Origin: Abditibacteriaceae bacterium
GTDB lineage: Bacteria; Armatimonadota; Abditibacteriia; Abditibacteriales; Abditibacteriaceae
NCBI GenBank assembly: GCA_965277285.1
Contig: OZ255721.1
Location: 1,408,001 to 1,472,000, forward strand
Length of the DNA: 64,000 bases
Direction: 5' to 3'
Notes under the pieces: model-generated
Told to the model about the DNA's origin: nothing
What the model saw: only the letters and a program-made list of their open reading frames with translations
Database searches by the model: none
In this document: positions 42,001-48,665 of the stretch, piece after piece
How the letters are laid out: every line of letters starts with the position of its first letter
Numbering within the stretch: position 1 is the first letter of the stretch
Position numbers and translations under genes: made by a program

Positions 42001-42054
42001 CACCGCGAACCGATGCCACAATCGTTACGCAAGATTTTCGAGCGCATGGAATAA
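39031..42054 (+). CDS. S8 subtilase fused to a C-terminal PvdP/tyrosinase-like His-rich domain
   Basis: VIDSG, HGTACAG, AAGNEG, GTSAACP; C-terminal HHEAWH, FLAMHR, HAYLH, FWRLHGWVD. Confidence 0.88.
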   Translation: MKPRHWKKSAALFVGLSAIRVLDLSAQAAPNSEVKPSLHHANGPIFAQTARGGTNDKLAFDLQLLLRQYSRGRGGAPSSLPEMSAQTVERRYGISADDFNPNVTVAIQTDGSKTVEDDLKNAGAQIQSRVGDMFYANAPVLSLSRLSAIDGVQTVSPLRAPQIPQRPAERRAPDGLQLLRSRGALANTFDHQGLTGKGVILGVIDSGIDWQHGDFRNADGTTRILALYDMSDNSWTTSGGKIGTKPPLLDGAKPLGTFYTQGQINAALKGTGKLNSVDKVGHGTACAGTAAGNGQATANGVPLGFYQGVAPAADLIIVRAAAPEGEGILPQGYLAAGWIAQMAKSRHQPCVISMSFGDQGSSHEGDSPEENFLNSLVGTGKPGVVACIAAGNEGQENLHARGRFGPDQSDEADTFSESIELFTSDPDGTLLKGYFSTEDNWGMAIEGLDNFLVDAKGQPVSVLVQRNARGLGARLSAIPAKPADFGRYFSNNFAVEKVSATSDGLSVLLPPGKYKVYGYGASPKVTNGRFDLYLENYAHASFGKGSESLYIVGSPGNAANAITVGAYDFRNTWTNSNGKPTVYNLQMGAISNYSSAGFRRDGVVKPDLIAPATYTISPLAPNSEMNFDADNKPDSTMITRDGKHLAWAGTSAACPYTAGVVALMLQKNPSLDAAQIKDILTRTARHDRFTGSVPNPNAGYGKIDPAAALRLTPIANKPLVVTTSSTRKVAPMVPAKAKPTPDAMLMPQDVLAYEEARHLGDHHEAWHAVRRWDLAEKSDIQWMQQQGWKRAALQEGMTGDGLAFLAMHRVMVEDMRDRFPQYAELFSGWATPPTDPRDKINPLAVKVSTNFDPAMLKAIDRIENHPETFADDDAFGLFLETNHRPLFGKPDNKASDFSAGLHAYLHRRFSDASSAIDMGDFTVNIENREFWRLHGWVDEQWSAFRRAKGLTARDPEYRAAMQKAYAEMHPRKTVGASRGGASGEMAMMGMHREPMPQSLRKIFERME

Positions 42055-42064
42055 CGGCGTTTTG

Positions 42065-42110
42065 ACCGAACCTGTAGGGGCGCATTGCATGCGCCCCTAC
42101 AAGGTTCGGT
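42065..42110. repeat. GTAG-type REP hairpin between convergent genes
   Basis: GTAGGGGCGCAT-TGC-ATGCGCCCCTAC; related element at 46437-46506. Confidence 0.75.
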
Positions 42111-42135
42111 TCTCCATATCGAGTACTCGATAGGC

Positions 42136-44160
42136 TTAAAAGCGGCTCAAGCGATACAAAACGCAGCGATCATAGCCTTTGGCCAAATCTTCGACACCGA
42201 CATATTCGCAGCGAAAACTTTCGCCGGCTTCAATGGCCAGCAGCGACGCAAATTGATCGGTCGTAAAAGCGCAGCCTGGCGTCGTGACGGGTTCGATGCG
42301 CGCGGCGCGGTTGACATGAGCGCCAAAGAAATTGGTGCGCCCGATGATTTTGTCCTGCGTCGCATACACCGGCCCAGCGTGAATGCCCATGCGAATTGTG
42401 GTATCGGGCGGCAAATCGAACTTCGTCCAGTCGGTTCTTTCGATGCGCTCCAACAAGCGCAAGGCGAAATCGGCGCACGAGGTTGGGTTCTCGAAGACGA
42501 GAAATAATCCGTCTCCCCACGTATTAGCAAAAACAGGTTGATGCGATGAAGCCGCGATTTCACGCGCTACCACGCCTAAAAACGACACGAAAAACGCGGG
42601 CGTTTGCTCCTCGCGCAGCTTGCTGAAGTTCTTCACATCAGCAAACAACATCGCCCTGACATGACGAGAACGCTGCTTTTCTTTGCGCGCGGTTTTTTCT
42701 GCGCCTTGATTTGCGTTAAGGTTCCCAGAGTGCGCCGAAACTTGTGCGGGTTCTTCTGTTTCCGCAGGAAGCAAACGCGCAATTTCAATGATCTGCGCTT
42801 TTTCCACGTACCCGCCTGACGAATCGTTTTGCGTACGCGCCAGCGTATTCCAACGAGCAACGAATTGACTGATCTCGTTCCCATGCAGCAATCGAGTACT
42901 CGATTGGCGCGCCTTTTCTTGAACCGGAGTATTGTCTTCTATGGCGGCCAGAACGCAAACGGGCGCATCCATTTCGCGCGCGTGCGTCAAGGCCAAGCCT
43001 TGCGTGACATCGGCAGCGAAATCGAACAGCACAGAATCGTTGAGGAAATTTTCGCGTGTTACAACGTGAACTTGCGTCGCGCATTCAAGGAGTTTGTCAC
43101 AGCGTTCGCGCCATGAAGCCGCTTCCGGTGCCGCAAGATCAATCTCGTCGGAACCGAAATTGTCGCGTTCGGCGGGCACGATGAGATGCAATTCGCCGCC
43201 GCGTTCGAGCAAAAGTTCCGCGAACAAAGTGTTGGCGCCCGGCGTTGGCCAGCAGTAACCGATGTTCGCATCGAGCAAGCTCAAACGTTCCTTGATTGCG
43301 GCGCGTAACGAAAGGTTTTCTTCTTCTAAGAAATCCTGGGTTTCGCCGAGGAAAGCGACAACGCGCCCGGGATGAAAAATCGCTTTGACGATTTCGGCGC
43401 CTTCGATTTTCTCTTGCAACAACGTGATATTGCGGCGCATCGAACTCAAATCTCCGCGTCGTCCAGCAGCGGCTTGTGCGGCTTTGCGATACCAGTTCGC
43501 TGACGCGGAAAGTTCGCCCAGAACCAGAAACGCTTCGCCCAAAGTCGCCAGCAGCCACGCATCGTTTTTGCGACTGCGCCCGTTGCGTTCGTTTTGCGCG
43601 TGTTCAATCGCCTGCCTCGCCAGTTCGTGCGCGCGCATTTTGTGTCCCGCCAAAAGTGACATCGTGGCCGCGTTGATGAGAGGAAACGAATTGTCCACGA
43701 CTTGTGCGCCGCGCGTATAAAATACGGCAGATTCTTCGGCCAGTTTGCGCCGCTTGGTTTTTTGCGCGGACGGCGTGCGTTCATAGCGATCTTTGGCCAA
43801 GCGGCCCAGTAGCGACAAAGTTTCCGATTCGAGTACTCGATCTAAAGACGTTTCCTGTAAAAGGGTTTGCGCATATTCGTTCGCTTTGGAGGAATTGCCG
43901 CCGCGCGCCAGAGAAAGAGAGCGCCAGTATTGCAAATCGTGGTTTTGAGGATGAATCGTTAAGCCTTCGCGCGCCGTTTCAAAAGCGCGCGCCGGATGAC
44001 CCGCGCCCAGCAAGCGTCGCGTAAAGGCGATGTACAGCCGCGCGTCCTGCTGCCACAAAACGCGATGCGCTTCATTGTTATAAAGGCGCAACAGTTCGAG
44101 AACCGATGCGCCTTTTGCGTCCAAGCGTTTGAGAATCGCCGCAACGGTAATTTTGGCCAT
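42136..44160 (-). CDS. class III adenylate/guanylate cyclase with N-terminal TPR (MAP3K TRAF-binding-like) domain
   Basis: MLFADVKNFS, NTWGDG, RMGIHAGPV, FGAHVNRAARIE; N-terminal LLGRLAKD, INAATMSLL, WLLATLGEA. Confidence 0.9.
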   Translation of the reverse strand: MAKITVAAILKRLDAKGASVLELLRLYNNEAHRVLWQQDARLYIAFTRRLLGAGHPARAFETAREGLTIHPQNHDLQYWRSLSLARGGNSSKANEYAQTLLQETSLDRVLESETLSLLGRLAKDRYERTPSAQKTKRRKLAEESAVFYTRGAQVVDNSFPLINAATMSLLAGHKMRAHELARQAIEHAQNERNGRSRKNDAWLLATLGEAFLVLGELSASANWYRKAAQAAAGRRGDLSSMRRNITLLQEKIEGAEIVKAIFHPGRVVAFLGETQDFLEEENLSLRAAIKERLSLLDANIGYCWPTPGANTLFAELLLERGGELHLIVPAERDNFGSDEIDLAAPEAASWRERCDKLLECATQVHVVTRENFLNDSVLFDFAADVTQGLALTHAREMDAPVCVLAAIEDNTPVQEKARQSSTRLLHGNEISQFVARWNTLARTQNDSSGGYVEKAQIIEIARLLPAETEEPAQVSAHSGNLNANQGAEKTARKEKQRSRHVRAMLFADVKNFSKLREEQTPAFFVSFLGVVAREIAASSHQPVFANTWGDGLFLVFENPTSCADFALRLLERIERTDWTKFDLPPDTTIRMGIHAGPVYATQDKIIGRTNFFGAHVNRAARIEPVTTPGCAFTTDQFASLLAIEAGESFRCEYVGVEDLAKGYDRCVLYRLSRF

Positions 44161-44189
44161 ACGTTTTGATCCGGCAAAATGACGACAAT

Positions 44190-44477
44190 TTACTCGCCTT
44201 TTTCAATTTTGTAACCCAACGCGATGATCGTGCGCAAGGTTTGCAACGCCGTGTTGCGGTCGTATTCTTTCTCCGATTCGTCCAATTCTTCATACGCCAC
44301 CAAGCCTGGATGCTCGCGGCGTTCATCGTTGCGTTGCGCGCCATAGCTCCAGCCTTCGTTCATGCGACCTTGCGCCCACACTTCGTGGATGTTGCGCGCC
44401 AAAAGCTCGGTCAACTCCAAAATCTCCGGCGCCAATTCGGTGTGCGCTGTATCCAAAGGTTGCGGTTGATAAGCCAT
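44190..44477 (-). CDS. stand-alone RyR domain protein
   Basis: YQPQPLDT, LARNIHEVWA.GR..EGWSYG.RND..REHP.LVAYEEL.ESEKEYDR. Confidence 0.92.
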   Translation of the reverse strand: MAYQPQPLDTAHTELAPEILELTELLARNIHEVWAQGRMNEGWSYGAQRNDERREHPGLVAYEELDESEKEYDRNTALQTLRTIIALGYKIEKGE

Positions 44478-44635
44478 GAATTCCTTTTAGCTGAGGGTTT
44501 TGAAGCCCCAGAACGAACGCGATTATATCAAAGCTCTCGGGTACTTAAGTGTTACGGATTTTACACCGAAGGCATTTGCGCAAAACGCGCGATTCCGCCA
44601 TACTGCGCCCCACAACGGCGCAAAGGAAATCGTCT

Positions 44636-45523
44636 ATGAACGAACTCTCTTCCCCCGACGAAACGGCGCAACTGCAACAAACCATCGCGCGACAGAACGA
44701 TGAAATCGTGCGTTTGCAAAGCCGACTGAACGACGAACGCACTGCGCAAGATTTGAAGGACGCTTTGACGCTGGCCGTCGCAACAGGCAAGCTGTCGGCT
44801 CCGGTTTCGCACGGGCGCCTTTTAGAAATGATCGTCGCCACAGCCGCGCAAGTCATTTCATCGAATGCAGCTTCTTTGTTATTGATAGATGAAACCGCGC
44901 AAGACCTGATTTTTGAAGTCGCGCTGGGTCAAAAAGCTGACGCTGTGAAGCGGTTTCATGTGCCTTTGGGACACGGCATCGCCGGTTTGGTTGCGGCAAC
45001 CGGACAACCGATGGCAATTTCCAATGCGCAAAACGATGCGCGCCACGCGTCCAATATTTCCAGCGACATCGATTACAAACCGCAAAGCATTTTGTGTGTG
45101 CCTTTGTTTTACAGCGACCGCATTATCGGCGTTCTCGAACTGCTGGACAAGCGCGACAAAAGCAACGTGATTACAACCTTCACGCCCGCCGATATTGAAA
45201 CGCTGGGACATTTCGCCAATCAAGCCGCCGTTGCCATCGAACAATCGCGCGCACAAGATAATCTTTCGAGTTTATTGGCGCAAACGTTAGGCGATTCGCA
45301 ACTTTCGACGGAACGAGCAAACAGTTTTCTGTCAAACATCGAAACTGATGCGGCTTATCGGCGCACGCTGGAATTAGCGACTCTGGTGCGCGACATTGCA
45401 CACTCTGGCGAAAGCGAGACTCTGGCGTGCGAAAAGATATTGCGCTCTTTCGCAGATTATTTGCGTGCGCGTCCTGACGCACAATCGAGTACTCGAATGG
45501 ACGATTCGGGAGCGATGTTATGA
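44636..45523 (+). CDS. GAF domain protein with N-terminal coiled coil
   Basis: ASLLLIDE, GHGIAGLVA.TGQP, SILCVPL, IGVLELL, QAAVAIE. Confidence 0.9.
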   Translation: MNELSSPDETAQLQQTIARQNDEIVRLQSRLNDERTAQDLKDALTLAVATGKLSAPVSHGRLLEMIVATAAQVISSNAASLLLIDETAQDLIFEVALGQKADAVKRFHVPLGHGIAGLVAATGQPMAISNAQNDARHASNISSDIDYKPQSILCVPLFYSDRIIGVLELLDKRDKSNVITTFTPADIETLGHFANQAAVAIEQSRAQDNLSSLLAQTLGDSQLSTERANSFLSNIETDAAYRRTLELATLVRDIAHSGESETLACEKILRSFADYLRARPDAQSSTRMDDSGAML

Positions 45524-46428
45524 GCAATCCCGAAGGCGCCGCGCCAACTTCGATTGCGTCAACTGCGATAAAGCCGTCGGAGCAACCGTTGGCGCCTGCG
45601 GCTCCGGCGGGGCGCGAAGGTCGTCCGGCGTATAGCGTGCAATTTGAAAGCGATGTGTTGCAGCGCTTGCAGCCGCTGGCGCCGATGGAACAAATCACGC
45701 GCGAATGGGCGTGGGGCGAAGGCAGCGGCGCCGGTGTCAAAGTCGCCATTATCGACAGCGGCGTGGACGCTTCACATCCCGATGTGGGAACTGTCAACGG
45801 TTATATTGCGATTCGAGAAAATCCGAGCGGCTTGATTTACGATGATAAGCCGCACGAAGATGCGTTTGGTCATGGAACCGCGTGCGCCGGAATCGTGCGC
45901 AGGCTGGCGCCGCAATGCGAGATTTACAGCGTCAAGGTTTTGGGTTTTGGCTTGATGGGGCGCGGCAGCGTGTTCGCGGCGGGCGTGCGCTGGGCGCTGG
46001 ATAACGGGATGCAGGTTTGCAACATGAGTTTGGGCACGACCAAAGCCGATTTCTTCAGCACGTTGCACGAACTGGCCGACCGCGCGTATTTTCAAAACGT
46101 GATGCTCGTCACAGCCGCCAACAATATGCCGATTCCCAGTTTTCCGTCGGTTTATTCGTCGGTGATTTCGGTCGCCGCGCATGATGTCGAAGACCCGTAT
46201 TTGTTTTATTACAACCCGCATCCGCCCGTCGAGTTTGGCGCGCCCGGCATCAATGTGCGCGTCGCCTGGCAAAACCGCGATTACCTGACGGCGACCGGAA
46301 ATTCTTTTGCGTGTCCGCACATCACGGGTTTGGTGACGAAGATTTTAGGTCAGCATCCGGGTTTGACGGTGTTCCAGATGAAGATGATTCTGCGCGCCCT
46401 GTGCGCCAACGTGAGTACCGAACCATGA
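45520..46428 (+). CDS. S8 family serine peptidase without signal peptide
   Basis: IIDSG, HGTACAG, AANN, TGNSFACP; ATGA overlap with the GAF gene. Confidence 0.9.
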   Translation: MSNPEGAAPTSIASTAIKPSEQPLAPAAPAGREGRPAYSVQFESDVLQRLQPLAPMEQITREWAWGEGSGAGVKVAIIDSGVDASHPDVGTVNGYIAIRENPSGLIYDDKPHEDAFGHGTACAGIVRRLAPQCEIYSVKVLGFGLMGRGSVFAAGVRWALDNGMQVCNMSLGTTKADFFSTLHELADRAYFQNVMLVTAANNMPIPSFPSVYSSVISVAAHDVEDPYLFYYNPHPPVEFGAPGINVRVAWQNRDYLTATGNSFACPHITGLVTKILGQHPGLTVFQMKMILRALCANVSTEP

Positions 46429-46436
46429 AAACTAAT

Positions 46437-46506
46437 TCGTAGGGGCTTGGCGTACCAAGTCCGCTCCAATTCCACGCACGAGGCTTGGCACGCCAAGCCC
46501 CTACGA
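46437..46506. repeat. GTAG-type REP pair
   Basis: CGTAGGGGCTTGGCGT...ACGCCAAGCCCCTACG. Confidence 0.7.
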
Positions 46507-46541
46507 GTTGCTGCAGCATCAATAAAATTGGGTACTCGATT

Positions 46542-47240
46542 ATGGCTTTAATTCGATTAACAGACGACGAGATGCGCGGCATTCCTTTATTTGAAGGCTT
46601 GACGCCGAAGCAGTTGCGCGTTTTGCATGGGCTGCTACATCGAAAAACCTTCACTGCGGGTTTGTCGGTTATCATCGAAGAAGACGCCGGTGATGTCGCG
46701 TATATTGTGCTGAGTGGAACCGTCAAAATCGAGGTCGCGGGCAGCGATGACAGCGAAGTCATTTTGGCGATTTTAGGCGAAGGCGAAACTGTGGGCGAAA
46801 TGAGCTTGGTCGACGGCTTTGATCGTTCGGCCAGTGTCGTCGCTTTGGAAGAAGTCGTTCTGGTATGGATCGAGCGCGCCGCGTTTCTGGAATGCTTGCG
46901 CACTATGCCTGCCATGACATTTAACCTGACACGCATTTTGTCGCGTCGCGTGCGGCTTTGCAACGCGCAAGTTCAATCGCTGGCGAGTCTGGATGTTCCA
47001 GGTCGCGTCGCGCGGCAACTGCTGGCGTTTGCGCGCGAATATGGGCAATCGACAAAAGATGGAGGGACGCTCATTCCCTTGCGCCTGACGCAAAACGACA
47101 TCGCGGGTTTGGTCGGTGCATCACGAGCGCGCGTCAATCAAACGCTGGTCGGCTGGAAGCGCCGCAAAACCATCAGCGTGGGCGCCAATCATCGCATTGT
47201 CATTCATAATCTGGCGGTTTTGCAGGCGCGTTGCAAGTAA
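46542..47240 (+). CDS. Crp/Fnr family transcriptional regulator
   Basis: GETVGEMSL...RSASV cNMP motif; LTQNDIAGLVGASRARVN HTH. Confidence 0.93.
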   Translation: MALIRLTDDEMRGIPLFEGLTPKQLRVLHGLLHRKTFTAGLSVIIEEDAGDVAYIVLSGTVKIEVAGSDDSEVILAILGEGETVGEMSLVDGFDRSASVVALEEVVLVWIERAAFLECLRTMPAMTFNLTRILSRRVRLCNAQVQSLASLDVPGRVARQLLAFAREYGQSTKDGGTLIPLRLTQNDIAGLVGASRARVNQTLVGWKRRKTISVGANHRIVIHNLAVLQARCK

Positions 47241-47269
47241 AGGATTCGAGTACTCGATTGTGATTTTCC

Positions 47270-47308
47270 TGTGACGAATTTGACAGAACGGGTGTTATGC
47301 ACTTGACA
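47270..47308. promoter_or_regulatory. two tandem CRP-like boxes
   Basis: TGTGA-N6-TGACA (47270-47285) and TGTTA-N6-TGACA (47293-47308). Confidence 0.55.
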
Positions 47309-47420
47309 GCACGGACGCGACACGGCGGCGTATATTTAGTTCAGTTGCAACGACGAAGATGGCCAAAAAAGACGTTGCAAAGACTTCATGGAAACTTCAC
47401 ATTCGGGCGGTAAAAAGGAT

Positions 47421-47450
47421 TTGACAAATCCCACAAGTTCGCGTTATGAT
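47421..47450 (+). promoter_or_regulatory. sigma70-type promoter for precursor genes
   Basis: TTGACA-18 nt-TATGAT. Confidence 0.6.
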
Positions 47451-47610
47451 GTGCGCGTTACCCACCGAAAGTTGAACTGGTTGAAGTTCTTCGCGTTGTT
47501 GCTTTTTGTTCGAGACCCCAGCGACGTTTTTCAAAGCGTCGCAGCCAAAAATATGCAGGTTCGGGCGGCCTGGGGGTTTGCCCGAAAAAATTAGCAAGGA
47601 GAAAATTCTC

Positions 47611-47886
47611 ATGTCCCAACAGCCCAATCAGCCGACACAGCAGGAAATCGACCAAGTGCGCGCCGCCACAACGCAAATCGCCGAGCGCGCCAAGAACGAT
47701 GCCGCTTTCAAACAGCAATTGCTGGATGATCCGCAAAGCACGCTCAAAGCCGCTGGTTTGCCCGAAGCGGCCATCGCTGAAATCGGCAAAAAGTCTGGCG
47801 ACGACGTGTCCGGCTACGTTCAATACGCCGATTGCACTTACTACACCGACTACGTTGTTTACGGCTGCACTTATTACACCTATTGA
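47611..47886 (+). CDS. NHLP-leader lanthipeptide precursor 1
   Basis: Leader IAERAKNDAAFKQQLLDDPQSTL; DDVSG then YVQYADCTYYTDYVVYGCTYYTY; AGGAG RBS. Confidence 0.88.
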   Translation: MSQQPNQPTQQEIDQVRAATTQIAERAKNDAAFKQQLLDDPQSTLKAAGLPEAAIAEIGKKSGDDVSGYVQYADCTYYTDYVVYGCTYYTY

Positions 47887-47933
47887 TTCAACGGGTGGAG
47901 CAAGCGCCAACGACCGCAATGGAGAAAACGCTT

Positions 47934-48215
47934 ATGTCCCAACAGCCCAATCAGCCGACACAGCAGGAAATCGACCAGGTGCGCGCCGCCACAACGCAAA
48001 TCGCCGAACGTGCCAAGAACGATGCCGCTTTCAAACAGCAATTGCTGGATGATCCGCAAAGCACGCTCAAGGCCGCTGGTTTGCCCGAAGCGGCCATCGC
48101 CGAAATCGGCAAGAAATCTGACGGGGACGTGTCCGGCTACTCGGGTTACATTGGCGATGGCTCCTGCGCGTATTACACCGACGACACTTACGGTTGCAAC
48201 TACTACACCGCGTAA
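47934..48215 (+). CDS. NHLP-leader lanthipeptide precursor 2
   Basis: Near-identical leader; GDVSG then YSGYIGDGSCAYYTDDTYGCNYYTA. Confidence 0.88.
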   Translation: MSQQPNQPTQQEIDQVRAATTQIAERAKNDAAFKQQLLDDPQSTLKAAGLPEAAIAEIGKKSDGDVSGYSGYIGDGSCAYYTDDTYGCNYYTA

Positions 48216-48266
48216 GGCGTATTGGTGTAGCAGCACAAACAGGCGACCGCCGTGGAGAGAATTCCA

Positions 48267-48545
48267 ATGTCTCAACAGCTCAATCAACCGACGCAACAGG
48301 AAATCGATCAGGTGCGCGCCAAAACGCAGCAGATCAGCGAACGCGCCAAGAGCGACGCGGCTTTCAAACAGCAGTTGCTGGATGATCCGCAAAGCACGCT
48401 CAAAGCCGCTGGTTTGCCGGAGGGAGCCATCGCCGAAATCAACAAGAAGTTCGGCGGCGATGTCTCCGGTTACGGCCAATACACCCAGGTCGAATGGTAT
48501 TACACCGCGCAATATACTTGGGATTGCACCGAATATACGGGTTAG
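48267..48545 (+). CDS. NHLP-leader lanthipeptide precursor 3
   Basis: Similar leader; GDVSG then YGQYTQVEWYYTAQYTWDCTEYTG. Confidence 0.88.
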   Translation: MSQQLNQPTQQEIDQVRAKTQQISERAKSDAAFKQQLLDDPQSTLKAAGLPEGAIAEINKKFGGDVSGYGQYTQVEWYYTAQYTWDCTEYTG

Positions 48546-48569
48546 TTCGCGGGTTGTCACCGTAAAAAC

Positions 48570-48606
48570 ACGACCGCCGCAGCTTGAGAAAGCTAACGGC
48601 GGTCGT
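48570..48606 (+). terminator. stem-loop between precursors and synthetase
   Basis: ACGACCGCCG..AGCT...AGCT..CGGCGGTCGT. Confidence 0.6.
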
Positions 48607-48665
48607 TGTCTATCCGTTACCTGTCGAAAGAAAACAGCTATCGAGTACTCGATAAATGCGACGCG

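Noticed and set aside
47611..48545. CRISPR array or non-coding direct repeats
   Set aside because: The ~200-bp repeats are coding leader sequences with RBSs; no short repeat-spacer array or cas genes were seen in the window
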